Positions 24,225-34,113 of a stretch of DNA of 60,372 nt are shown here, piece by piece. A program made the translations under genes and the position numbers. This DNA is from a virus (Duplodnaviria > Caudoviricetes), in IMG/VR virus record IMGVR_UViG_3300048086_000023, positions 1 through 60,372 of that record. The stretch is one strand, 5' to 3'. Below the pieces are notes generated by a model, which was not told the origin of the DNA, did no database searches, and saw only the letters and a program-made list of their open reading frames with translations. How positions within the stretch are numbered: the first letter of the stretch is position 1; each line of letters opens with the position of its first letter.

Positions 24225-27101
24225 TTATTGCCCCAGGATTGTTGCGGCGGTGCCGGGACCAAATTTCGCGTCAAACTGACCACGCAATTCCGGGTGCGCC
24301 TTCAGATGTTCGACAGCAGCAGGGGGAAGGCCCGGAGCTGGAGTGGCCGCAGCCGCTGGTCCGGTGGCGGGTACCGCTGCAGGTGCCGCAGTGGCCGGGG
24401 CGGCGGCGGGTGCTGCACCCTTCGGCTTGGGTTGCACCGCCGCATAGTTCGCCCTGATCCCTTCCAGAGCCTTCTTCGCTTCCGGATAGATCAATTCCGG
24501 CGGTTCCTGGCGCATGTTCATACGGTACAGACCCTTGATCGAATCGACCCGAGCCTCAATCAGATCATCCGCCAGCATCTTCATCACGCCTTGGAGCTGT
24601 TGCGGCGAGCCGGACTCGGCGATGTTCTTGCGCCATTCCTCGATGTCCTTCTCCGCCATCTGGCCGGAGCCGCGCAGCAAACGTGCTGCGTCCATCGATG
24701 CCACCTCGCGCACCGACTGGAATTCCTTGACGCGAGGATCACCAGTCGCCGTCAGCCACCAGTTCCTGATGGTGTTGGCTTCTGGATAATTGCCGTTGGC
24801 CAACTGCATGGCCTTGTTGCTTGCGGTCAAGAGATGCGGCAGCAGTTGGTTGGTGGCGAGCAACATCTTGCCGGCGTTGCCGTTCGACGACATGTCGGCA
24901 TTCTGTTTGTTACGCAGATTCCAGGTCGTGCTATCGAACCCTCGGTCATAGGCGTTGAGCAATCTTTCGACCATGTAACGCTGTTTCGTGGGCACTTCGG
25001 AGAGCTTCATGCGTCCCTCGTCGATGCTCCTGACCATGTTGGCAACGCCGATATCCTGACCTTCAAGCGCGGATGGATCGACGTTATCGGGCGCCGTCTG
25101 GCCCGGTATCGGCAACATGCCCTGCGTCATCTTTGCATTTGGCGGCAGAATGGCGTTCGGATCAGTTGGGGTCCCGTCGCCGCTGGTCGGGACAGGCTTG
25201 TAGCTGCCATCCGGCTGACGAACGCCATAGGTGGTCAGTGTCTGGCCGGTGGTCGGATCGATCCGCGTTCCGATCGCGGTCGCCTTGCCCATCTCGAACT
25301 GCTGATAAAGCTCCTTCTGCGCGAATTCCTTTTCGTGCTGCTTCATCTCGAACTGCTGATACGGCGTGGCCCGCGTATACTGGTCCTCGTAATGCTTCGC
25401 CTCCAGCTTCAGCCGATCCGCTGCTTGCTTGGTGGTCTCTTGGGTCTCCGCGAGCTTCATCGTGGTGCCGAAGCCGGAAGCGAGGGACCCGGTCCGCATG
25501 GCCTCCAGGCCTCCGGCAGTCAGCGCGGCCCAGGGCGATTTCAGGAAGCCGCCGAGGCTCGGACCTTCATCGTCTGCGGGAGCTGGCGCCTGTGCTTGGC
25601 CCTGCGGCGCCGCAAAGGCTGACGCCTGCCCCCGGCTTGGCGGCGGCGCGCTCCCGGCGAACTGGTTGACCGCCCCAGCCGGATCAGATGGACCTGCGAC
25701 CGGACCATAGGGCCAATTCGCCGTGTCCAGCGGCGACGGTTGGTTAGCTCCTTCATTGGCATAGGACAACGTCGGAGAGTTTGCCCGGCCGGCTGCAATG
25801 TCGCGATCGACGGTGTCACGCCAGTTCTGCACGTCTTCCGCTGGCGGCATTCGGAACGGCTCGTCCGGGTTGATTACGTCGGTGTCGCCACCATCGGCGA
25901 AGTACGGATGAAATGACCTGTTGGCATCGTAAGGATTCGCGGCGCCGCCGCGTGCCAGGAACATGCTGGCGAGCTGTACCGCCGTGCCAATGCCAGATGC
26001 GCCCCCGCCACCTCCGCCGCTCTGCTGCTGTTGCGGCGGGTTGAGATTGAGCGTCGGCTGATGCGCCTGGATCTGAGGTGTCTTCACCTCCGGGATGATC
26101 GCCTGCGGCGCGACGTCGATCGGTTCATCGCTGACGCCGCCGCCGGGCGCATAGCCGACGCCGTAATCCGATGCACTCAATCCGGCCAGCGGGTTATTCG
26201 AGCTGCCACCGTAAGCATCGCCGCTGAACATGTTGCCGCCGCCATAGGACGGCGAGCTGCCCTTGCCGCTGCCGCCAAGATAACCGCCGATGCCACCGAG
26301 CGCGCTAAGCCCGCCGCCGATCTGGCCCCAGAGACTCGGATTGTATTGCGATGTCGTCGTGCCCTGCCCGCTTGTCGTGCCGCCGAGACCTGGCGCCAGC
26401 GCACCAACTGCTCCGGTCAAAAATTGACTCTGCTGATACGGGAACGCGGCTTGCGCCAGTTGCTGTTGGTAGGGCGCATTCAATTGGGCTTGCGAGAGCT
26501 GCTGTTGCAGGCCACCGGTCCCGAGCTGTGCCTGTGCACCGGTCAGCGCCGCGTTCTGCGCCTGCGATCCCAGCGCAGCAGTGCCATAGCCCGCACTCTG
26601 CAGGATGTTCTGCTGGTTTTGCGCCGCCTGCAGCGCTGGCTGATAGAGACCGGCGAGCGTCTGACCCGCAGCCAGGCCCTGCTGGTTGGCGAGGTTGGCT
26701 TGGCCCACGGCGATGCGATCGGCGCCGACGCCGCCGGCCGCCTGCGTGAGCTGCCCGGTGTTCTGACTGGCCTGCTGGCCAAAGATATTGTTGAGCTGCG
26801 ACGTGACGGCGCCGGCAAGAGGATTGAAAAACTGGCTGACGTTCGCCGGTTGCGCGCTCTGCTGAAAGTAATTGTTGGCCTGATTGAAATAGGGCTGCGC
26901 CATGCCCTGCGCATTGTTGACGTTCTGAAACGCCTGTTGCTGATCGGCCGAGAATCCGGCGACCGGCGCCTGCGGGATGTTGAACGGCAGTTGCGCGGCG
27001 TTCTGCGCCTGGTTCAGCGCATTCTGGATGTAACCACCGCCGGTCGGGGTATAGGTCTGCTGCTGGCTGGTGTTGCTGGTCTGACTGCCCTTGCTGCCCA
27101 T
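24225..27101 (-). CDS. Large internal virion / DNA ejection (pilot) protein
   Basis: MGSKGSQTS N-terminus, Gln/Ala/Gly-rich region, and C-terminal HLKAHPE...QFD.KFGPG.A..ILG. Confidence 0.8.
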   Translation of the reverse strand: MGSKGSQTSNTSQQQTYTPTGGGYIQNALNQAQNAAQLPFNIPQAPVAGFSADQQQAFQNVNNAQGMAQPYFNQANNYFQQSAQPANVSQFFNPLAGAVTSQLNNIFGQQASQNTGQLTQAAGGVGADRIAVGQANLANQQGLAAGQTLAGLYQPALQAAQNQQNILQSAGYGTAALGSQAQNAALTGAQAQLGTGGLQQQLSQAQLNAPYQQQLAQAAFPYQQSQFLTGAVGALAPGLGGTTSGQGTTTSQYNPSLWGQIGGGLSALGGIGGYLGGSGKGSSPSYGGGNMFSGDAYGGSSNNPLAGLSASDYGVGYAPGGGVSDEPIDVAPQAIIPEVKTPQIQAHQPTLNLNPPQQQQSGGGGGGASGIGTAVQLASMFLARGGAANPYDANRSFHPYFADGGDTDVINPDEPFRMPPAEDVQNWRDTVDRDIAAGRANSPTLSYANEGANQPSPLDTANWPYGPVAGPSDPAGAVNQFAGSAPPPSRGQASAFAAPQGQAQAPAPADDEGPSLGGFLKSPWAALTAGGLEAMRTGSLASGFGTTMKLAETQETTKQAADRLKLEAKHYEDQYTRATPYQQFEMKQHEKEFAQKELYQQFEMGKATAIGTRIDPTTGQTLTTYGVRQPDGSYKPVPTSGDGTPTDPNAILPPNAKMTQGMLPIPGQTAPDNVDPSALEGQDIGVANMVRSIDEGRMKLSEVPTKQRYMVERLLNAYDRGFDSTTWNLRNKQNADMSSNGNAGKMLLATNQLLPHLLTASNKAMQLANGNYPEANTIRNWWLTATGDPRVKEFQSVREVASMDAARLLRGSGQMAEKDIEEWRKNIAESGSPQQLQGVMKMLADDLIEARVDSIKGLYRMNMRQEPPELIYPEAKKALEGIRANYAAVQPKPKGAAPAAAPATAAPAAVPATGPAAAATPAPGLPPAAVEHLKAHPELRGQFDAKFGPGTAATILGQ

Positions 27102-27103
27102 GA

Positions 27104-27616
27104 CTATGCCGCCACCGCGCTGGAGGATTGCGCACTGGCCTTGGCACCGTAGAGGAAGAACGCGCCGACCTTCGGCAGCATCCGGCTATACAGGTCGACC
27201 TTGGCCTGGGTGCGCAGATTGGAAACAACACCGGTCAACAGCGGCAACCCGGTTCGGTCGCTCTGCTGCTTCATCCAGGAAATGAGCGCCCGCGCATGAT
27301 AGGAACGCCTGCATTCCGGATCGACGTAGACAATGAACTCTTCCAGGTGCCGCTCGTGCGAATACCAGAAGGTGCCGATGGTGACGAACACCAAGGCCTC
27401 AAGCTCGCCGACGTCGCCTATCACGCCGACCACGCCACGCGGGCCGGTGTCCCATTCCGGGATCTGATCGGGATGAAGCGCCCGGGAAAGGAAGTAATCG
27501 ACCTTCTCCGGCGCCAAGGAAAATTGACCGTTCTCACGATGGCCCTGCAGGAAGAGCCGCCAAATCTCCTGCCGGTCCTCCGGCCTGGCGATGCGGACAA
27601 TGGACGGGCATGCCAT
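27104..27616 (-). CDS. GNAT-fold protein of the virion morphogenesis module
   Basis: VRIARPED, FWYS and YVDPECRRS..ARALI. Confidence 0.75.
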   Translation of the reverse strand: MACPSIVRIARPEDRQEIWRLFLQGHRENGQFSLAPEKVDYFLSRALHPDQIPEWDTGPRGVVGVIGDVGELEALVFVTIGTFWYSHERHLEEFIVYVDPECRRSYHARALISWMKQQSDRTGLPLLTGVVSNLRTQAKVDLYSRMLPKVGAFFLYGAKASAQSSSAVAA

Positions 27617-27617
27617 G

Positions 27618-28277
27618 TTAATTCTTTCGAGGCGGTTTGAGGCCCTTCAGAGTCTTGATGTGGCGCTTGCGGGTCTCATTGACCCAATGGTCGAGCACCT
27701 TATGGCCGTGATCGATATCGCCGAATTTTTCCTTGATCTTGTGTGCGGGGATGACGATCTCACCGCCGGCCGCGACGATCGGTGTCGGCTCGCCATGGCC
27801 TTCGGTGCCGCCGCCCTTCATGCTCATCTTCCCAACGCGAGGCGTCAGATTGAGCTTCGGTTGCGAGGCATGCGCGGCTTTCTGCGGCGATGGGGCAGAA
27901 CCGGCCGGTCCCATCTTGAACATTTTATTGACGATGTTGGCGCCGGCCAGGCTGTTGCCCTGCCCCAGCGCGGCGACATGATCGGCGGGCAGAACGTAGG
28001 AACCACCCGAGACCGAGATGGGCAACTTGTCCGTCCGACCAGGGACCGACGAATGAAGGAACCCCTCGTGGAACGCCTGGCGTGCGGCCATTCGCTCGCC
28101 CATCGGCGGCGTGAGGCCGCCTGATGCCATCTTGGCCCCTGCCCGCCTGGCGGTGCTGTACGCAATGGCCAGCGCCTGCTTGCGCGATTGCACATGCGGC
28201 GATTTGCCGACGTCGTGCATCAGGGTGCGGACATTGGTTTTGAAGGCGCCGGGCGATTTGCTGTGAACGAGCGGCAT
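27618..28277 (-). CDS. Basic virion-associated protein
   Basis: KQALAIAY, MASGG, GRTD.L...V..GSYV.PAD.V..LG.GN and AAGGE.VIP. Confidence 0.75.
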   Translation of the reverse strand: MPLVHSKSPGAFKTNVRTLMHDVGKSPHVQSRKQALAIAYSTARRAGAKMASGGLTPPMGERMAARQAFHEGFLHSSVPGRTDKLPISVSGGSYVLPADHVAALGQGNSLAGANIVNKMFKMGPAGSAPSPQKAAHASQPKLNLTPRVGKMSMKGGGTEGHGEPTPIVAAGGEIVIPAHKIKEKFGDIDHGHKVLDHWVNETRKRHIKTLKGLKPPRKN

Positions 28278-28312
28278 ATTATGAAACTACTCTCAATTGT
28301 TCAGCCAATCAA

Positions 28313-29260
28313 TTAGATCGCCCGGATCATCACGATGCCGGTGACGGTGGTCGGCGGAATGTTTTGATTACCGCCGGAGCCGGCATTGGCGTTCGTGACC
28401 ACGTGGTTATGGGCCGCACTTTCGGCTCCGGTAGCTGGACCGATGACGGTTCCCGTGGTCGGAGTATTATTACTACCACCGCCGGCAAAGCTGGCTGATC
28501 CCTGGCCGACAACAAAAGCGGCGCCAGCCATGGCATGGGTGTGGTTCGCGCTTTCGGTGCCGACCGATGCGGTGTGAGTATGGGTTTGCAGGAGCTGGTC
28601 GCCGCCGACCGTGAATCTTGTGTTGCCATCGACACCAGCACCGGCCGTAGTAACGCGCGCGGTTCCTTGGTTGAGTGACAGGCCGTAGGTTCCGCGTCGA
28701 TCCGGCAGCGTGGTGGTGCCTAGAATCTGGGTGAGTGTCGGATAGGTTGCGGAGCTAAACGACGTGCCATCGCAGTTCAAGAATGGCGGTTGGGTGCAGC
28801 CGCTGACCCAATTTGGTACCGAGGAGCCAGCGTAATCCCAATAGCCGCCGATAGGCGGGTTGAGGCCGACATGTCGGATGTTGGCGCCGCTGTTATAAAT
28901 CTGAGAAAGTTCGCCGGGCTGCAGGCAGATCACGTTGGCGCCGGCAGCGGTTGTTGCGCATGTGACGGTGAAGGCGCTGCTATTGGTGCAAGCGTTCTGG
29001 ATAATGTAGGGCTTGATGAAGCTGGTCGGGAACGTGAGGGTCACGGAGCCGGAGAGCGCGCCGCTTAGGGTGAGGCGGTTAGACTGGAACTGCGCGGCCG
29101 ACAGGGTGACGTTGGCGTTGGTGAGCGCGATACTCGCGATGCCGCCGGCAACGAGGTCAATCAGCGTCATGTTGGCGTTGACGGGCGTATCCCAGGTACC
29201 GACGTCGTCGCCGCGCGCGGGTTCCTCAAGGTTGATGTTCGGGGTGAAGGTCGAGGTCAT
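28313..29260 (-). CDS. Tail fibre protein with collar domain
   Basis: FLNCDG......YPTL...LG...LPD.RG collar motif, HTH/HNH metal-site repeats, and NIPP. Confidence 0.85.
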   Translation of the reverse strand: MTSTFTPNINLEEPARGDDVGTWDTPVNANMTLIDLVAGGIASIALTNANVTLSAAQFQSNRLTLSGALSGSVTLTFPTSFIKPYIIQNACTNSSAFTVTCATTAAGANVICLQPGELSQIYNSGANIRHVGLNPPIGGYWDYAGSSVPNWVSGCTQPPFLNCDGTSFSSATYPTLTQILGTTTLPDRRGTYGLSLNQGTARVTTAGAGVDGNTRFTVGGDQLLQTHTHTASVGTESANHTHAMAGAAFVVGQGSASFAGGGSNNTPTTGTVIGPATGAESAAHNHVVTNANAGSGGNQNIPPTTVTGIVMIRAI

Positions 29261-29267
29261 GCGTCAC

Positions 29268-29495
29268 CTACTGCGGGTAAAACGGAAACTTGACGGTCGT
29301 GCCGCTGGACAAGGTCACGAGCGCAAACCCGCTCGCTTCCGACGATGTGAAGGTGATGGTTCCGGTGGTGGATGGCGCCGTCGTAGATGCGGAAGTCACC
29401 GCCGGAAACCGATTCGAAATCGTGGAGGCCAGGTTGTTGATGGCCGTCACACCTTGCTGCATCGTTTGCAGGAGATCGCCGAGACCGAAGGGCAT
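29268..29495 (-). CDS. Small Ser/Thr-rich virion protein
   Basis: GGAGG SD before ATG 29495. Confidence 0.65.
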   Translation of the reverse strand: MPFGLGDLLQTMQQGVTAINNLASTISNRFPAVTSASTTAPSTTGTITFTSSEASGFALVTLSSGTTVKFPFYPQ

Positions 29496-29497
29496 GC

Positions 29498-31540
29498 TTA
29501 TCTCCTCCCCGAGGATGCAAAACGAAACCGGATGCGACCGAGCCGCCAGAATTCGCTCGACGCATTGCTTTGGATGAACGCCGACATCAGCCGGTTGCGA
29601 ATGCGACAATTGATGAATTCAGTTGAATTCGTCACGGTGAAAGGGCCGTAGACGGTCGGGGTATCTCCGGGGTAGTTGGCACCGAAGAACGTAATATTGA
29701 TCGATGCCGTCTGTGCGCCGGAGCGCAGCCCGTAGATGAAATCTGGAATGATCATGTCGACGAAAGGAATGTCCTCGCCTTCGCCGATGGTCCACCAGCC
29801 GGTCTGAAACGATGGCAATCCGCAGCCGGAAATCGTAGTCCCGGTCTCATGCTGATAGATCTGGCCGGACGCATCGACACCCAGCGGCATGCCAAGGATA
29901 GAAACGTCGGTCCACGCGGTGCGAACCAGCGTGCCGTAGTCCCATTCTTGCGATCCGCCCTCAAGGTGCACCTTGACGTAAGAATCGTTCTCGCCGGTCG
30001 ATGCGGCAGAGGGGTAAAGCCACATCACCTCATTGAAGACGGAATTAACAGCGACTCTGACCTTGGCCACGTAGGCGGCGGTGCTCGAAAGATTCTGGAA
30101 CACTTGATCCCAGACCGAGCATGGCATCGGCACCACGCCGTTGGCGCCCAGCGTGAAAAAGTTATTGTTGGACATCCAAAATGGGTTGCCCGCCAAAATT
30201 CCGCATGCGTGGCTGCTGATCCAGCCGCAGCCATTGCCGACCTTGGTGAAGTTAAAAATGACCGTCCCGCCGACATAGGTCATGGTGTGAACTTCAAGAT
30301 CGGTCGACACGATGGCGAACTGCGGACACTGGATGGCGCCGACGATGATCGAGCCGGACGAGAAGTGAAACGATCCCGCTGTGGTCTGGTTGCTGACGGT
30401 CCAGTTGGTGTAATCGCCGGCATTGCACCAGCGGATCACCAGCGGGTCTTGCACGCCGGTTGACTCAACCGAGCGCCAGGCCACAAGGATCTGTTGCGGC
30501 ATCGACACAAAGATCCCGCCGTTGAAGAACGGCGCCTGGTGGATCACCTGCGCATTCTGGTAGCCAAGGTCCGGTGCCCAAAGGTAGATCGGCCCATCAA
30601 CCGGACAGGCGAGCAAAATCTCGCCCCAGTTATCCTGCGTCCAATCCGTGGTGGTGATCGGCGTGCCGGCGACGCCAGACTGTGCGGTGCCAGTGCCGAA
30701 GCCGCCGGAGCCAAAGCCGAGCGCGCCAAAGCCGGTGCCGGCCTGGGTCGGACCAAGCGTGATATAATAGACGAGCTGTGCCAGGCTGGCGTTCATGGTG
30801 GCCTGCGCGGTCGTCGTCGCCGCCGTCACCGCGTTGATCTTGAAGGTGGTGCTATCGATCACGGAGGCGATCTGATATTTCCCCTGCACCACGATGGGGT
30901 TGCAGCTTCCGATCGTGGTCGATGCAATGAACTGCTGAAACAGGCCAACGGTCGCCGTAAAACCATTGTTCGGCAGCGTCACCGTCACCGTCGCCGATCC
31001 GGACGACGTATTAAATATCGGCAGAATGCCGCTGTTGCTCACCGTCACGTTCGAAGCGGAAGTGAGCGCAATCGTGTAGATCGACGAACCGCCCACGGTG
31101 TTGATCGGATAGGCGCCATTGAGCAGCCAGCCGCCGATCGCAACCGGCGTGTTGAAGTAGACCGTATTGAAAACCGATGTGCTTGATCCGGCATCGATCA
31201 CGGTCACCAGGTTGCTGCCGGTCGAGATCGAAAAGTTAGGCGCAGGATTGGTGGTATTGGTCTGCGGTGTAATGGTCTGCTGCGATCCGGCCGTGATCAC
31301 CACAAGAGCGCTGGTCGCTCCGACGCCAAGATGCTTTGTGCCGGTGATGTCCTGCCAGGGGTGCAGATCTCGGACAGTAGAGCCGATGGTGAAATTGACG
31401 TAAGCGCTCCAACCGCCGATGGTCTGAACCAGCGATTCTTTGTAGCGGATGGTCTGCGATTGCGAGATGCCGGCCTGGTTGGCCGACAGCGTCAATTGGG
31501 TATCGACGCCAGGTTTTAGCTGAATAGCTCCCCAGGGCAT
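29498..31540 (-). CDS. Tail nozzle / packaged-DNA stabilisation protein
   Basis: 680-aa beta-rich protein; LKPGV start, DNWGE.L, DPL.IRW, NEV.W.YPS and WRLG..R.....GRR end. Confidence 0.8.
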   Translation of the reverse strand: MPWGAIQLKPGVDTQLTLSANQAGISQSQTIRYKESLVQTIGGWSAYVNFTIGSTVRDLHPWQDITGTKHLGVGATSALVVITAGSQQTITPQTNTTNPAPNFSISTGSNLVTVIDAGSSTSVFNTVYFNTPVAIGGWLLNGAYPINTVGGSSIYTIALTSASNVTVSNSGILPIFNTSSGSATVTVTLPNNGFTATVGLFQQFIASTTIGSCNPIVVQGKYQIASVIDSTTFKINAVTAATTTAQATMNASLAQLVYYITLGPTQAGTGFGALGFGSGGFGTGTAQSGVAGTPITTTDWTQDNWGEILLACPVDGPIYLWAPDLGYQNAQVIHQAPFFNGGIFVSMPQQILVAWRSVESTGVQDPLVIRWCNAGDYTNWTVSNQTTAGSFHFSSGSIIVGAIQCPQFAIVSTDLEVHTMTYVGGTVIFNFTKVGNGCGWISSHACGILAGNPFWMSNNNFFTLGANGVVPMPCSVWDQVFQNLSSTAAYVAKVRVAVNSVFNEVMWLYPSAASTGENDSYVKVHLEGGSQEWDYGTLVRTAWTDVSILGMPLGVDASGQIYQHETGTTISGCGLPSFQTGWWTIGEGEDIPFVDMIIPDFIYGLRSGAQTASINITFFGANYPGDTPTVYGPFTVTNSTEFINCRIRNRLMSAFIQSNASSEFWRLGRIRFRFASSGRR

Positions 31541-31542
31541 CG

Positions 31543-32274
31543 CTATGCCCTCGGTGCCAACGGCGATGGCTGCTGACTGGTCCAGGCCGCCGACATGAAT
31601 TTCATGCGCTGCGCGTCAACGCTCATCTCTTTCAAGAGCGTCGTGTATTGGTTCTCCCAGCTCTGTGCCATTTGCGGATTGTCGCTTTGCGCGCCGAAGT
31701 CGCGCATGAAGCCGGCGGCAAAGATCATCCCAGCCGCGACCATCAGCTCCGGAACATTGACGGAGAGCCAGGTCGTGGTGTTGGTCGCGGATAGCGCGGC
31801 GGGTCGCATGGTGGCGATCACCTCGGTGCCATAGGCCTGGTCCGGGGTTGGACCGAGCACCAGCTCCACGTCAGAGAGCCGCGTAAAGAACTCCGGCTGG
31901 CCGCAGTTGGACGAGGTCGCGGACGGATAGATGGTATCGATCACTGCCTGCGACGTCGGCATGAGCGGCACCCGCGTCGCGTAGGACGACGTCGCGCCGG
32001 CCGAAGTCAGCAGGTTGACCGTCTGCAGAACAAGCAACGTGCCCTGCGTGGTCGACAGCGAGACGGTGCGAACGCCGGACGAACATGAAACTGAAGTATC
32101 GGTCACGCTGGTGATCGGCAGATCGAGATCGCGCCACAGCCGGCCTTCGGCGTAGTCGATAATCGCCGGCATCACCCCGGAAAAGTTGGTGTCGCCCGAG
32201 ACGAGCACCGTGGAGCTGATCGCGGTAATGGTGGCGATCTCGGAGACGAAAGAATTGTAGGTCAAGCCTGCCAT
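31543..32274 (-). CDS. Head-tail adaptor protein
   Basis: I..AE.RL.RDL, G.P.F, PTPD..Y and TWLS...P.L. Confidence 0.78.
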   Translation of the reverse strand: MAGLTYNSFVSEIATITAISSTVLVSGDTNFSGVMPAIIDYAEGRLWRDLDLPITSVTDTSVSCSSGVRTVSLSTTQGTLLVLQTVNLLTSAGATSSYATRVPLMPTSQAVIDTIYPSATSSNCGQPEFFTRLSDVELVLGPTPDQAYGTEVIATMRPAALSATNTTTWLSVNVPELMVAAGMIFAAGFMRDFGAQSDNPQMAQSWENQYTTLLKEMSVDAQRMKFMSAAWTSQQPSPLAPRA

Positions 32275-32281
32275 GGACCCC

Positions 32282-33085
32282 TCAGATGTCGTTAGGCGCA
32301 GCGTCGGCGACGCTGAATTGCGCTTGCGCAACAGCGACCACAGAGACGCCATCGCCTAGGAAAGCGACACGGTGATATTGGTAGAAGGTGCCGTTGGTGG
32401 TGGTTGCGGTGATGGTCTCGCCAGCCGTGCCGGCCGTGGTGCCAGAGCTAAGCGTGGTCCAGTTCGAACCATCGGCGCTGCCATCGATGTGATAGGTGGT
32501 TCCACCGCTGCGAAGGAACGATTGATCGCTCGGTGCATAGAGTGTGACCGAGGAGAGATTGTGGGTCAGCGCCGCCACGGTCGACGGAAGGGTCAGCGCG
32601 ATACCGCTTGGCTGCGCGTTCCAATTCTTGCCTACCCAATTGCCGAAGGAAGAATTGGAAACCGAGAGCGCCGCGCTCATCTCGGCGCTCTTGCTGGTGG
32701 TGCCGTTGAACGCGGCCTCTACCCCGGCATTCAGGATGAGGGTGCCGATCGAGGCGCCAAGGCTCTGCGGCGGGTGCGGCAGGAAGTTATTGGCCGGGTT
32801 ATAGCCAAGCGCAGAGAGCGGGTTGTCGGCGAGGACGTAATTTTCCGGCAGCGGGTATTTTACCGGCACCGGGTCCTCTGGCAGCACAATGGTGCGGCCA
32901 TTTTCCTGCGGCACGTCGAGGCAAGTATCGCAAACCTGGATGCGCAGGTTGAACAGCCGTGGCCCTTGCTGCCAATCCCACTGCCATTGCAGGTCGTCGA
33001 GGTTGTACATGAAGCCGCAGCGCTGGCAGATCGCCGTCGCGCGCGGACGTCTTGCGCTGATCTGAGCCCGGCCATGCGGTCGCAT
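32282..33085 (-). CDS. Zn-ribbon protein fused to a discoidin-like beta-sandwich
   Basis: AICQRCGF...VCDTCLD.PQ N-domain; C-terminal IDGSADGSNWTTL and YQYHRV. Confidence 0.65.
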   Translation of the reverse strand: MRPHGRAQISARRPRATAICQRCGFMYNLDDLQWQWDWQQGPRLFNLRIQVCDTCLDVPQENGRTIVLPEDPVPVKYPLPENYVLADNPLSALGYNPANNFLPHPPQSLGASIGTLILNAGVEAAFNGTTSKSAEMSAALSVSNSSFGNWVGKNWNAQPSGIALTLPSTVAALTHNLSSVTLYAPSDQSFLRSGGTTYHIDGSADGSNWTTLSSGTTAGTAGETITATTTNGTFYQYHRVAFLGDGVSVVAVAQAQFSVADAAPNDI

Positions 33086-33801
33086 CAGCGCCTCCAATAG
33101 CCGGAGAGGCCGGGCGTGATGTACATCGGCACCCACTCAGTATCTTCGGCCGCCGCGATCGACCACGCCTCGTCGCGGTCGGTCTTGCGGATGGCCTCCA
33201 GGTCGGGGCGGTAGACCCGGGCCAGGCGGTGCGCCAGGTCGGCGGTGATCGCGTCAAAGAACCGCGTCGGCAATTCGAGATTCTGGCCGTTGAGAACCGT
33301 GGCGTCCTGGATCTGGCGCGCGCGGTAATAAAAGAAGTCGTAGGTGAGCGCGCCATCCGGAACGAGGTAGAAGGTCACCGTTGGCGAGATCAGCCGGTCA
33401 AACCAGTATTGCGAGGGAAAGCCCTGCGTCGTCTTGGTTGAGATCGCCGCGTATTCGTCGCGGCTGATCGGGAACATATAACGATCGAGCGCCGGGCTGG
33501 TCGAGTAACGGATGTAAGCGGAAAGGATCATCCGTGTTTCGGCATCCACCGAATAGGTCGCCGTGCCCTGGATGAGCGGGATCGATTGCAGGTCGATGGT
33601 CCAAAGATTCTGTCCCGGCATGGTGTTGAAGCGCGTCAACGCCAGGTTCAGCTCCATGACGGCGCGCTGCATCTGGGTCTGTTCGATCTCAACCGGGCGG
33701 ATCTGGATGCGGTCGAACGCATTGAGGATGAACTCGCCGCCACTTGGCGAAAAGTTATAGGTGCCGGAGGTGACAACGACGGGATTGAAGGGGTTGCTCA
33801 T
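33085..33801 (-). CDS. Head-tail adaptor / tail tubular-like protein
   Basis: TSGTYNF, NLWT, ISR.EY..I..K...G.PSQY.FDR and P.RF...I...LA..LA. Confidence 0.8.
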   Translation of the reverse strand: MSNPFNPVVVTSGTYNFSPSGGEFILNAFDRIQIRPVEIEQTQMQRAVMELNLALTRFNTMPGQNLWTIDLQSIPLIQGTATYSVDAETRMILSAYIRYSTSPALDRYMFPISRDEYAAISTKTTQGFPSQYWFDRLISPTVTFYLVPDGALTYDFFYYRARQIQDATVLNGQNLELPTRFFDAITADLAHRLARVYRPDLEAIRKTDRDEAWSIAAAEDTEWVPMYITPGLSGYWRR

Positions 33802-34082
33802 GAGATCAACCTCAAGGTCCCGGTGGTAGGCGTGCTCTGCCCTGCCCCAGAAATCGAGTAGGACGAAAGCCCATAGCCGGCGACGCCGCTGCCCCAGGTC
33901 GCCACAAACAGGTTGCCGGAGGCCGTCATGCCGATGCTGCAGGAAACGGTCGTGAGGATGTTGGACGACGGCGGATAGGTGACGGTCAGCGTTGCCGAGG
34001 TGGGCACGGTGATGTTGCTGGAGGTGTCGAAGAACACCACCGTGAAACCAATCGTACTTCCAAGGGTGGCGTTGATCGGCAT
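33798..34082 (-). CDS. Small Ser/Thr-rich Ig-like virion protein
   Basis: Beta-strand pattern; ATGA coupling. Confidence 0.65.
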   Translation of the reverse strand: MPINATLGSTIGFTVVFFDTSSNITVPTSATLTVTYPPSSNILTTVSCSIGMTASGNLFVATWGSGVAGYGLSSYSISGAGQSTPTTGTLRLIS

Positions 34083-34113
34083 AGCCGATCTATATCAAGA
34101 ACTGAGATAGGTT

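Noticed and set aside
23910-27152. Long plus-strand ORFs (570 aa and 373 aa)
   Set aside because: Antisense to the ejection-protein genes; Arg/Leu-rich shadow composition.
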